Source: Amoebophrya sp. A120
Lineage: Eukaryota > Protista > Dinoflagellata
Direction: 5' to 3'
Assembly (NCBI GenBank): GCA_905178155.1
Contig: CAJINV010000003.1
Coordinates: 9,989,979-10,053,978 of the forward strand
Length of the DNA stretch: 64,000 nucleotides
Part shown: piece after piece, positions 34,611-47,700 of the stretch
Numbering within the stretch: the first letter of the stretch is position 1
Layout of the letters: every line of letters starts with the position of its first letter
The notes under the pieces: generated by a model
Database searches by the model: none
What the model saw: the letters and a program-made list of their open reading frames with translations, nothing else
Told to the model about the DNA's origin: nothing
Position numbers and translations under genes: made by a program

Positions 34611-37600
34611 GTATAGGATTTGTCTTGTATTGCGTGTGAAATTTGAATTTCGCGAGAAGTACTCTTTCGCATGCTTGTCGTATTGGAGGGCGGTTGGGGC
34701 AGTTCGTGTCGCTGTGTCAACACCAATTTGGTCATTGACCTCTCTGGTACTACTGATAGCGAAAGTAATTCCTGCACCTGTTTTATTGTATTGATGTATC
34801 ACTTAACAGGCCAGCGAGACAAAACAGTGGAGATAAATAATTACGCGGGCGTATCGTGTGCAAAAGCTATACCGATCCATAAGCAACGAGACATCTTTTG
34901 CCACTGCACCGCGAGTCACAGGGCCACAAGCCCATGATGCCAGCACGATAAAGAAATTTCCCAGCGCGCATTCACGGATCAGTCCGGAATACAGACGGTA
35001 GAAATATACGACTATGCAGGCTTGGTTCGAAAGTCAACTTTCATAGATATAGAGCTTTGCTGTACTAGAGAGGACATGTGGAAGACATTAACTCACGAGC
35101 ATATATGTGCCCCACTCTAAGCGCGATGTGCTCTCGTCGGTATCTGTGAAATGAGGACGCGAAGTGTCTCGAAGGCCCCCGTGAACAAGACGATCACACG
35201 TACCAGCTGACGAGCAGAATGCTTCCAAGCGACTCGCTTGCCTGCTCTGCTTCCTCGCTCTTCATCCTTGGTTCCCATGCTCCTTCGTCATCTCTCCTCC
35301 TTGAAAAATTGAAATTGTCAGTGTCGTGTGCTATTGTTGTGTTTCTCTTGATAAAACTTCTGTCCTGTCGGATATCATTTTGCACAGGATAGGCAGCTGG
35401 TATCATTCCTTGCACTCTGGTGGACGGAAAACTACACCTGTTACTCAATCAGCCCAGGCTATGGAGGCGTTGGGTGGGAAGTTGTCAAGTTGGGAATAAT
35501 TTGTCATGCATAGACGCGACAGCTCCGACACCGACAAGTTGGACGTGGATTCGCCATTTTGCAGCGAAGCATGACAAATTTACTTTAGCCCCTGATCCTG
35601 AACGGAGTTTTTATTTTTAGTTCTGGCCACCCGAATAGCAATAGCTCCGCAGCGACTTCATTGAGCCGCATCTATGATGCTTGTGCTCAGGCCCTTTCTT
35701 TAGCATTGTATGCAACGCGGAGCTTTGGCCCGTGAGCTAGAAATAAGACACATGGCGAGCGTTCGTGGTTGCGGTCTGTGTAGTCTGACAAATCATTTTG
35801 CTTGCGACGTCGCTACATTGCTGGGATCATGAGCGCTGTTGTCCTTTCCTTAGAATAGAAATCTGCGCTCGCCCCTGGAGCAGCTCTCCAGCACAGGGAA
35901 ATCTGCTTATTAGTATATCAAAGGTTTCTGCGGCTCCTAAGGAATTTGCTACAACGCTGCTGCTGCAAAGCGGCGCATCAGGGGTGGCCACTCAAGGTCG
36001 AGAAGCTGGCTAAGTGCTGCTGCCACTGAGAAAAAACTACTGTTGCGGCGGCCGCCTTAAGATTTTTGCCAAGCTGCCACTTTGTAACAGCGGCGCGCTT
36101 AAAGGCCGTGAAGGCGGAGGCTCTTTTCTTAAGGAGTTTGCTGAGGGCTCCTTAGCAGCTTTCTACGGAGCTCGCTCAGGGCTTCTTACCCGATTCCCAA
36201 GGAGCTTTTTCAGGGCGCTCCTCAGGAGTTTGCTAAGGGCTCCCGAGCGGCCTCCTTAGGGGCCCGTGCGCTTTGCCTTTTGCGCTTTGGCCTCCTGGCC
36301 TTTTCGCTTTGGCCCGTGTTCTCGATGTGGCTCAGACGCGGGCGCTAAACTTAGCAAGGCAAGGCGTGAACTTTTGCCATTGCGCCTCCCATAATGCCGC
36401 GAGCGCAATTTGTTTGGCTGCGGTTTGCTACTGTATACCAAAAAAAAAAACGCCGCCGGCGCTCCCCGACCTGATTCCCCGGATTTCGGTAAATGCGAAC
36501 AGTACTCAAGAACCCTCGCGGAAGAATTAGATCCCGCGGGGCCACCTCTTTTTCCGATCTGAAGTTGTCTATGTGATATTTCGCTGCGTTTTTATTTTTG
36601 TGATTTGTATAAAAAAAAAAGAAAAATCCCGCAGGTTGAAGAGATCGAAATCGGAACGGCGACGGAGCTGGGGCGTCGGGTTTGCTTTGGCCGTTTCGCC
36701 TTGCTTCGCTTAGGCTCGCCTCTTTTTGCATTGGCAGGCCGTTCCGCTTTTATCTTTCCGCCATGCTTGATTCTTTCGCTTCGGCCTCTTGTTTCGGTAT
36801 CCGGGTAGACCAGGGCCCCTGCTCAGACCAGGGACCCTAGACCAGGGCACCTGGTAAAACCCGGTCCCCTACGAGCTGATCGCTGCCGCGGGGTGGCCTA
36901 CTCCTGGCCGAAAAATGTGCGCCAGCTTGCCAGAGTGCCAGCGGCCCATTGGCGTGCGCCCGTTCTTTGCAGACGATTTTGTAGCGGATTTCCGAAGGGA
37001 GGTTCTGCAATCCTTCCTGGAATCCGCTGGCCAAATCTGGCACATGCCTTCGGGGAGGGGCCCACGCCACCGGGGAACGGCCGACAGACGCGGCGGGAAT
37101 CAGGCCCGAGGCTGCCGGAGAGGATTCATCCTTTTCGAAGTCCCCGTCTGCCTAAATCGCGCCACGCCCTCGGGGGCCGGCCGATTCAACGGCCCGGCAA
37201 TAGGGCTCAGACCATCGGGGATGGGCCGCGGGGGGCGGATACTCCGGGAGGGATTCTGGGGCGAACCCTCGGCGGAGTCCTCTGCCCATCCAAGTCGGAT
37301 ACACAGCGCCGGGGAAAGGTCGACGGCCGGGGCTGGCCGAGGGTCGGTGGGGCTTCTGCGGAATCCCCTGCCCGGATTGGTCCCCGGCCTTCGGGGGTGG
37401 CCGGGGGAGAGCTGTGCGCAGGTTTGCCGGATCTCACATCTTGGCCGCAGGCCGTTCGGGGTTGTCTGTCGTATCCCTCCTCTCGATTTTGGCGCGAAGC
37501 CGTATCGCTTGCACCATGTGGCCACAAATCGAACCGTGCAGCGCCGGCGCGCTACATTCGTGCGCAATCTCAAGAGGGACGGCCCTAGAGCGGGGGCAGG

Positions 37601-39799
37601 GGCATTCCGGGAAATTACTTTCCCCGACCGAAGCGATAGCGTTCGGAGTCGGTGTCGGACTGTGGGTCTGAGTGGCCGCGCCACCGTCTCGAAGCGGAGA
37701 AACAGGCTCGGCAGACCGGCTGCCGGTAACGCCGGTCCAGATGGACCCTGCCTGGCCGCGGGAAGTGCGCTTGCTTGACGATCTCCCACCTGGGTATTCC
37801 ATACAAGCACGGGAAGAAGGCCGGGGTCAGGTGGTATGACTTCGGAGGAAAGAAAAAGGACAAACTATTATCCCGTGTGAAGTGGTCCCCATCCCGATGG
37901 TCGTGTCGCATATATACTCAAATATATAGTGGATGCGCAGCAAGTCATTCGGTTTCCCGTGACAGTCGCTTTCTACCATTGTTGGGCATTTTCGTCAATA
38001 GTCTAATAAGGATAAGGGAGTGGTGCTACTATACACGCTGAGCACGCGACGGCGCTGGGCGTCAGACGTATTGTGCGGAATTGTGAAAGTTTCTGGATTT
38101 CTTGTGTTGGAACTCGTTACGTGAGTCTGGCATGGGGGTGGTTTTGCACGGGATAAGTATGAAATTGAGCTCCATGCTCTCGCCCAAGAAAAAATACAAC
38201 CCGGTAACTCGCACACCTATGTAAGTATGCTACTTACGGGGCGTAACTAACTAGTGAGTCACTGCTGTTGTAGTGATAGTCTTCGCTATCACTTATTTTT
38301 CTGTCAGGGATTTTCTCGTAAAAGGCTCACGTAGAAGTGAGCACAAGTGGCTCTTCGATCAGGAGTCTCAACGTTGAATATCAAGTTGTGCTGCAGTCTT
38401 CTACCCATCAAAAACAACAAACGCTGTGCGTTTTTGGATGGGCTTTCTTAGTATTGCAGCGTCAGTCCCGGTCGTGAATCTTTCTTATGCGGTCTTTTCT
38501 GCACATAGTCTGTGCATCGCGAGATATTTTTCGCAGATGGTGTTACACGGATACAATACATATAACGCGACGCCGTCTTTTTCTCGGGTGGGGAGAGTTT
38601 TCGATATGATTGAAGGTGGAGTTACCAATCGAGTGCGGTAGTGAATGATTTTTTTTTCTAAGCGAAGTAAAGTCATGGTCGCGTAAGACTCCGAGCTTCT
38701 CGTTCCTATTGGTGATGTACTCATGTTGGGTCGCTTGACATGCACGAAGAAGAAGGAGATAACTGCTTGCTTCAAAACAAGAGAGACAAAAACCATGTAC
38801 ATAGCGAAAAAATTTCCTCAGCCTGCCGGAAGTTCACGAAGTACACATACGGCCTCTTCGCGATTGATACGGACTGGGCTTCAGCAGATGTGCTGGACTA
38901 TCGATGTTTTAGACAGGGCGTTTCAAGACGGTGCAAGCGGTTTGCCTTGCATGATGTGTCTCAGCAACAGAAAATATTAGATATCGCGGGCGGCTTTTTT
39001 GGCATCTCCCTCGCAAAACGACCGGAAGTTTTCAAGCCTGCCGCGGTTTTTTTTCATAAAAGAGCTTCACTTTCTAATTGGCCAGGACTCCGCCGTCAAA
39101 GAACCCCGACGGAATTGTATTTGCCTAAAGTCGACACATGGGAGTCGGCACAAGTGACTCCCCAGTGGGGCGCCCGGCATTTCAGATGCCGCCGCTTGAG
39201 GGCGCCCAGAAAGGGCCCTCAAAAAATTGCGAACAAACAAAAACCGCGAACCCGCATGGAGGTGTGGGCGCCACTTTGGCCCACTTTGGAAGGCTGCAAA
39301 AGTGGCAGCCGAAATGGCCCACGTCGGTGGCGCACTTGTACCGCGGTGGGCAGCGCAAAGCGTGCGCGCTTTTGATTCAAAAAAACAAAAGCGCACTAAG
39401 TCTGCCAAAATCGTTAAACAGCCCGCATGCTGCGGGCCCGGTTTGTGGCCCCCAAGGGGCCGGCCTTGGCGGGGACCAGGTTTGATTTTGTGAAGTCGGA
39501 AAGCTGTTAAGGTATGGCCGCGACCTATGTTACATGTGCGCCAGGCCATGAGGGATAGCATTATGCGCGCGGCGGGTATGGCGCACGGCAGGAGCAGGGC
39601 CCTGGGAGCCCGGATGCCCCAATACGTCGAGCGCCTTGACAAAAAAGCCGCAAAGAAACCACGGAGAGAGGCGGCTGCCTGTTATATAATGGTAGCGGCG
39701 TCGGGTTCTGCGTGCGAACGCGAAGTCAATGCAAATATGCCGCTGCGTCGAGTGCCGCAGATCTGAGGGCCTACATCAGCCCACCCCTTTGCATTTTTC

Positions 39800-40540
39800 T
39801 ATGAAGTGACTTCACATGGAGCGTGCTAATCTGGTGGCTTTTTTGACATGTCCCGCGCAAAGCGACCGGCAGTTTTCAAACGGCCGGACGTGTTTTTTCA
39901 CAAAAAAACAAAAAGCCTCTCCCTATCCAGCGATCCTGGCAGACCCGGTGCTTACTCGCCGGCGGATTCTACCGACCAGCGCATGAAAAAACGACGCAGA
40001 TGAAGAAGACGAGCCGACAAAAATCGCGCCCTTCTAGGGCGCGCCCGGCCTCGGATTCCGCCTATTTGGGGCGCCCAAAAAGGGACGCCAAAGAAGCGGC
40101 AGCGCGAAAAATACAGCGAAGCCGCATAGTATGGGCCTTATTTCGGCCCACATTGGGGCTCCACAAAAGTTGCCAACAAGGCCGAGCACTTCGGAGGCCG
40201 GCGGAAGGCCATACGTTGCGTTTTTGCGACAAGAAAAAATAAACACAGCGCCGCCTGCCGAAAAGTGAAAGCTAATCCGCATACCTTGGGCCCGAGTTCG
40301 GGCGCTCAAGGGGCCGGTCCCGGTGGCCGGCCAGGCTGGGCCATAGCATGCGTAGAGGGCTCCCCTTTTCGAACTGAAGCGGCTGGCAACTTTGGGCCGC
40401 GACTTTTATCGGCCGCCGCGCCGTCGCGCAGGCATAACATTAAGCGCGGCGGCATGTTGGTAGCCATAGAAGTGCGGGTTCTTGGCTTGAGGACAAAAAA
40501 CCCGCTATGACCTCACTACCCCCCCCCTTGTCTCTATTCA
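39800..40540 (+). mobile_element. Helentron-like family copy
   Basis: Degenerate 5' end, AAAGCGACCGGCAGTTTTCAAA core, internal similarity to copy A, and 3' GACCTCACTAC at 40509-40519. Confidence 0.65.
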
Positions 40541-43500
40541 GAAGCCGCGCGCAGGCACGCAGTCCCGGCATCCCCCGCGTAGCCGCCCAAACCACTCAAG
40601 ATACCGGCCCACGGAGGAGCCCGGCCGTTCTGCGGCGTTTTATTTTGTGTTCGAATAGGCACCGGCACACAGACGTCACGGGCTGCGCTGCGGCACTGCT
40701 GCTTGATGACACTTTACTATAGAGGAGGGCGCCCGCACCGCTGCTGTCGACAAGGACCGCGCCCGGTCGTTAACAGGGCTTCGCCGTCTTGGGGCGGTGT
40801 CGCGGGTGGCCCCTACAAATTGCAAACCGGCTGAAAACGGACCGGAAGGTAGGCGTCTGATAGGGCTTTCCCCCACGTCCTCCCGGAGGGTCTTGAGTAG
40901 TCACTTGCGACATCATACATACCGCAATGAGCTTTCCTCTTTAGGGGGAAATTTAAGCGTCACAAGGTGGGACGGGCTGCACCTGCGAGCCAAGATCCCA
41001 AGTAAGGTGAAATTAGTACCGTCAGGATCAATCTCTGATGTCGCTTTGAGAAGCTGCGGGAGTGATTCGTTTCTGCGTGATTTAGCCTTTTTCCATTTTG
41101 AAATGTCCCTGATTGGAACCGCTATACTCACGAGGTGTCCGAGATCTACACACGAAAAGAAAGCATGGAAAGAAAATGCTGTCTCATAAAGACGTTGTAG
41201 ATATTTATTTTGTGAAAAATCTTCTATTCGCATAACTTTTGCATTTCGTTGCGAGCGTTCTTGCTCGTGGTCCCGATACAGAGAGAACAGAACAAAAAAT
41301 GTACAGAAAGTGTTGCTGCAGTGAACTGCGACTTACACTTAGCATGATGAGTGAGACTTTCAGTTTCTGAATCTACAGTAAGTTTGCATGCCATAGTGGT
41401 GAGCATTTTTTTCTCGGTATACGAGGTACTTTATGATCTCGGGGAGACGTACACCCATACCTTAGAAACCGTTATAGACGTCGCTCGCGCTCTCCAGCGA
41501 CTTTTCAAGGAGCCAAATGGTCACGCGATCGTTGGGTGAAGAAATATTTTTATAAGAAAAGTAGAAGGCTTGCATTTTGATTTTGGACGCTAGCCTAGGC
41601 ATGCCATGCCTACGCACGAGTTTCAGATACAGCATGCGTGTGGAATTGAACTAAACTAAAGCAAGCGGCGGGCTTCCCCTGTCACTTTAGCTAGGCAAAC
41701 CGCTGAGGCTATTGCTAGAAGAGAACCTGAGAAGCTTTTTTTGGAAATGGCTTTACGGATTTATCATGTGATTGGGATTTTTGTTATTGTTTGTGAGAGC
41801 CAGCTTTTGGCTTTTGCTTTTGGGCCGGAGTCTTGGGAGATCGGGGCTAGCTAGTGCTGGGGCTTCTCGGGGGTCGAGATTGCGACGTTCTTGTTTCTGT
41901 CTGCCGTCCACGTCTTTGAGCCATTTATTTCCCTGTGGGACGTGCTGAATGCGAATGGCCCTCGTGGACCGGCATCTGATCTCGGCAAGGATCTTCGTGA
42001 CAGGGATCGGGAAAAACTGAGAAAACGAAAAGGGCGAAATAAAAGAAAACAAAAGGCGGCCGGGGCGTTTACATTTGGGGGGGACGCTGAGGGCTACCAC
42101 CGGTGTGCTAGGATAGCGGAGACGGAGAAAAGCGGAAGGTGGGCAAGGGCAGGGCGTGGGCTGGAGAGGTTCTCTACCCCTGCCTTGCCTGTCTCCGCTA
42201 TTCCCCCCTTCGTTCTCTTTTCCCATGGACTATGTCCTCCTGCCCCTCGACTCCTCTCTCCGCGACCTACGCCTCGCGCTACTTCTGCACCCGAAACGGT
42301 ACTGGTGCTCCAGCTGCTCCGCTCGCGTCGGCTCGCTCACTCTCCCCCGCCACGGCTGGCATCGACCTTCCCTTTCTTGCAGTATTCAGTCAGTCCGCGC
42401 GGCGCCGATTCTTTCTTTGCCCACGGCTTCGTCCAGTTCGTGCTCCCCTCCTACTTTCCCGTCGCTCTCCTGCCAGTTTGCGCCCCCTGGAGTTTCCCTT
42501 GCAGTTCGTTTTGTGCCCTTGTTTTCTGTGTTTCCGCAGTTCGCAAAAATGTGACTTCGGGCAACCAACAGGAACTTGCAGATAGCACATTCGGAAGGCA
42601 AAGGCGTGTCTCCACGTCAGGACAGGCTTCCACGCTGCCTTACACTAGTCGAGTGAAGGCCCGCCGCTGTCTACTGCAGGGCTACTTCAGAAGCTCCGCC
42701 GTGCCGCCACTAATTGCACTGGTGGCGACTGCACAGCGGAGCCAAGGCGATTAAATCATTATCATCGTCGTCATATGACAACTAAAAAAACTACTTACTT
42801 ACATGAAAAAGCTACGATAGTGATTGAATCGGGTACGGGTGTGCTCTCCTAGATGATACACTTGGCCACTACTACTCAAGAGCGGGACAGACTGGTGCAA
42901 AGCGTGGCTATATTGAAGAAAAAAACAGTGTTAGTGGAAAACCAACGCACAGCAGATAGAAGATGCAAGACAGTGGCTACGCCTACACTTGTCACGTTCG
43001 CCCAACACCGTAGGCTACTGCTGATGTATTCCATGCGTGTTTTCACAGGCTTTCAGATGCGTCATGCGGAGCGAGCAACTTACAGATGCACTCAGCGCAG
43101 CGATTGACAGCTTAGAGGTTCACTAGCACAGTTTTCTTCTTTGATAGGCGGCTTGAGAGTGGTAAGGTGCAAGTCGTTTTGCCCGCTCCGTTTTTTTATG
43201 AAACAACAAGAAAGCAGCAAAGGTGTTTTGGAATGTGTACGACATGGATTTTTTATTTGTGACTGTTCCTTGCTTGCTTGATTCGATCCTCTGTGAAAGA
43301 CGAAATCCTAAATCAGATGCCGTCTGCTTTTACAATGCAGCCGAAAGTTACCACGTTTACCTGATGCCGGTCCCCTTTCTTGCAGCAGACGTGTTCTGCG
43401 AAGTCTCCTCGTCTATGGACGGTGGCAAGCGAGAGTTTCAGTGGATCCCGCACGACATTTATCCAAGAAAAAAACTTTTTCTCTGTAACTTTTCTCGAGA

Positions 43501-44779
43501 GCAGCAAGGGCAACATCACAAAATTCTCGCTGCGTGTTATAACTGTATCTAGAACGGGCTGCCGCTCCGCGACCGGCGCCCTGACGACGAGGGAGCGCAA
43601 GTTGAAGCGAGGAGAGAAAAGCACACCGAGCCAGACACCATGGCATCGCCTCAGTGTTCGTGGCAATAGACGGACAACCAAAGAGTGCCGCCGTTGACCT
43701 TTCCTGATGCGGGGGGAAAATACCGGCAGGATGCAGCGCTTGGGGGGCAACGAAGCTTACGTTCGCGACTTTTTTGCGAATCCTCGCAAACAAGGCTGGC
43801 GCAAAGGTATTCAAAACCTTTGCAAAGATCCGCCATGCGTCGCCGCCCTAGAAACACGGGCACCCACCTGTACCGAAAGCAGCAAAGAGGGGGGGCGTAG
43901 AGCCAAAGGGCCGGCGTCAAGCTATGCGAGGCGACGGGGTTCCGGCGCAAAGGCCTGGGGGCTCCTGCAAAAAAACGGCCGAGAAGCACGGGATGCGGTG
44001 ACAAGCTATGATATAGAACCAAGACAGAGGCGATCGCAGCCAAAACGATGGGAAGCCCACTGCCCGGGCCGAAAAGCCCGCGGCAAGCGACTCAAGGCCC
44101 GGCCGCAGTGGCCAAAATGCAGGACGCAGCCAGACGGCAAACCCAAAAAACCTAACACAGCAAAGGCGTTGAAGTGCGCTAGGGCGTCGGGGCCGGAAAG
44201 TCTCTGCGCCGGCGCTCGCGCAAGGAAGTCCGGCCTCCAGAGCCGTAGGCCGCGGGGAGCAGAACGATCGGATCCATCGAAGCCAACTCCTGGGGCCGCC
44301 TGGATACCGAAGTTGGGCGCGCCAAGATGGCCCCGGAGGCAGCCGAGCCCAGCCATGGGCCACCAGTCGCGCCCGGCCAGGCGCCCGAAGGGAATGGAGA
44401 CTGGGCCCCAAACAGAGCAGGCCAGCATGCCCGCGCGCCACCCCGGGCATGAGAAAGGGGTCAGATCGGCGGGCGGCGCGCACTCTTTTGCCTGCCTCCG
44501 AGCCGCGCCCACTAGTAGCGCAGGGTCCTTCGTGCGTGTCCTGTGCCGTCAGTAATTATTCCATAGTGCCCTTTGTGTGCATTTGCATTTCTAGCAGTGG
44601 AGGAAGGCAAGTTGCAGTTTGTCATGAGTTTCCAAGGAAACACACATTGCTGTGTCGTGTCTTCGGCAACAGTACTCAGAGTAGTTTCTTTCTTGGATGA
44701 AATTTTTCAGGCAGGACCGCTTTCAGGTATAGCTGGAGACGTTTGCTTTGGGAATTTTCATTATTCGTATATTTTTTAG

Positions 44780-47700
44780 AGCGCTGCAAGCGAAGACTGG
44801 AAGGATCATAAGCTCACGCAGCTAAAAAACAACACCATCGAGGGTCAGAAAAATGCTTCGGCTCAAATAAAGCAGTACATTCAACATTGCGTAGCTCGCA
44901 TCCAGAGCCGGGCGCTGTTTGCGCAGTTGACGGGCGTCGAAGTGCAGAAGATCGTGCAGGGATGGTCACAGATTCTGGATCGCGAGCGGCCAAACACTTT
45001 TGAGGTGATGAAGTAAGGGGCTGTGTCCTTCCTTGGAAACGGAAACTGGTGCAACGGTCTGCCTCAGGAAGATGAAGTGTGTTACTTCGCTGAGATTACC
45101 GCTCCCATCAAAGATGCATGCAACTACCTGCTTCTGCTTGTTTCGAGGACAAAAGAAAACGAAGAGAAAAATTTTTTATGATTATATATAGTATTCTTTT
45201 ACACTTAGAGTTACGCTTAGATATACTTATAGATCGCCATTGCCTTGCGGTTGCGCTCACGCGACCAGAACGAAGGACCTCCACGCGGTCGCTATGTTTT
45301 CAACCGCGTTCTCCATCGTGTTCGTGTGTGATAGTGGTCCTATGTAAGACGAGAAGGCGCGGCTCAGTAGGACACACCTTAACAAAGTAGAACTGTAAAT
45401 TCTTGGGTAAAATCCTGGCAAAAAGATTTGGGCCCCTTGTTCGGCCGACGAGGCTTTTCCGTTCGGCGCTCAGTGCGAATGCTTTGCGCACTTCCTCGCG
45501 GAAACTTGTTGCCGCTTTCCGTGGCGTCGCATCGCCCCAACTCGAAAAGCGCTGCTGGATTGGGCTGCCTTCAACTGACCCGGACGACATAAAAATGATC
45601 TGGCACCCGGGTAAATTCAGCGGGATAAGAAGATATAAACTCGCAAACTCGTGAGAGAGTGCTTTGACTAGCGTAAAAAATAGGGTAAAAAGTAGCGTAA
45701 AAACTAGCCTAAAACTCCCCCCCCGGGAAGTCGGGAAGTATTTCCCGCCCCCGAGTAAAGTACGGCGGCAGGCGATTAGTTTTAAAAAGACATTGCAAAC
45801 CTAAAACGATTTTCCCGTAGTTTTTTCCGGTGAAAAAAAAGTCCGCTTGCCCCGATACACGATGTCACTTCCCGCTTCCCGCTCCTTTTCTTCTTTTCGT
45901 TCGTCCATTGTGCAGGCGCAAAACCAATGCACAGGCCTCGCGCCGTCGGGACCGGCTAGGGTTGGCGCATTTTTTGCAACCTGAAATGGCGCCGAGAGTA
46001 ATATTGTTATATTACTACGCGCCGGACAATTTTAACGGCTTAGGCTTTTCGTTAGGGTCGATTTTACAGAAGTGCAATGTTATGGCGAGTCCTACTGAGG
46101 CGCCTGCGTCTCCTGTAGCGAGAAAGTTACTGCGAGCACTTTCCGAATCGCTTCGGTATTGGCTCACTGTATTGCAGAGGTCAGGTGATTGGTTTCGATA
46201 GTCAAGTGTATGTGGCACTAGCCACGGAGGCTTCGCCTGTAGTAATGAGAAGACGAGGGTAATTAAAATTATGCAGCTAGATGTAGATCGAATGCGAACA
46301 ACAAAGTAGTATAACAAAGCGACCGGCTACTGCTAAAAATCTCTGAGGACGTGTTAAGTGCTACTTCAAAAGAATAAAAGAAACCAAGCGCCATCGCCCA
46401 GTCCTGTTTTGGTTTGCTACCAGAGAAGGTGCGCCAAATTCCATCGCTCACCAAATGAAAAAACGGCGCAGGCGAGCCGACAGAAGTGGTGCCCTTGCCC
46501 CGAGGGGGTCCGGGCATTTAAGAGTGCGCTCAAAGAGCCCGCGCGCAAAATACCAGCAGCGGACCCGCATGGCGTGGCGGCAATGTCGCCGGGGCTGTGC
46601 GCAATCGCGAGAGCGCTGGGCTTCTCAGCGGTTTCTAATGCAGGAGAGCTTCGCAAATGCAAAAGCTAAAGTTGCCTGTGCGCCCGTGAAAAAGCAAAAC
46701 GGATGCAATACAAAGCGCGCCAAATTTTCAAGCCCGCCAGCATGGCGTACGGGGCCGGCGGATCGCCGTCTTCTGGGCGACCGTTCGTTTGGATGCCAAA
46801 GTAGGTCCACGCTCTTCGGGATAGGGATAGCCGCCGGAGTGGAATTCGCAAAATCTGCGGGAGCCCCAGCCGTTTCTTCATGGGCCGCGACACCGTCCGG
46901 CGCAACGCTGGCCACGGGGGCAGGGTGTGTGCGAAACATGCGGGCCACTGCCCGCGCTGCTGCATTTCCACGGCTTCTCCCGCATTGTGCGCGGCTGCTC
47001 CGGGGCGGCACTTTTGGCAACTTTGCCGAAGCTGAAATAGGCGGGCAGCAAAGGCACTGCTCGGCCGCATGTCGCGCGGCCGCCCGACAAGACGCCGTGC
47101 CAGCGTGAAGTGGCCTGGTCGGCGGCGACCCTCGCCTCGCCCGTGGAGAAAAACAAAACGAACTGATGGGGACGAGCGTAATCGATTCGAGCGACGAAAA
47201 GTTTATGAGATGCTGTTTAACTTTAATTTTGCAAACCCAGCTAATACACATTACGAGTACTCTACATAGAAATCGCAAGACGATCAAGAATAGTTAGAAA
47301 GGTGAGTGAAAAGATATCAAATTCTGCTATGAGTTTCGAGCACGCACCTACACTAGAAAAGGGCATTAAGAACGAAAACTTCTAATGGAACAGATGAATG
47401 TCGGCCGGTCGAACTCGAACGTGCTGGTCGGATTTGGGTCCGTAGCCATTTTGGCTCAGGGAAGCGAGGACGGAAGCCCCGCCTTTCGAACACTCGATTT
47501 CATTATCAGGCAAATAGTATCCTCTTCCGCGCTCAAGATCTTCTTTGCCTGATTCACGTAGGGGAGGAGACATCGTCAGCTGAAGTAAGCAGAGCATAGA
47601 ACAGAATCTCTGTGCTTTCTACCGTATGTAGTGAGGTCACGAACGTATTATCCTAGCTCTTTTTTTGACAGGTCTCATCCAAAACGACCGGCAGAGCAAC

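Noticed and set aside
36837-37810. Overlapping 230-290 aa ORFs on both strands (similar sets at 10.0-10.9, 13.0-14.1, 43.7-44.5 and 61.6-63.5 kb)
   Set aside because: Stop-poor GC-rich repeat DNA with R/A/G/P-biased translations and no RT, transposase or recombinase motifs.
37875-38333. Further 'GT...A|G' candidate junction
   Set aside because: A good polypyrimidine/CAG acceptor at 38307 with a phase-compatible GT donor explains it canonically, and the exon identities are uncertain.
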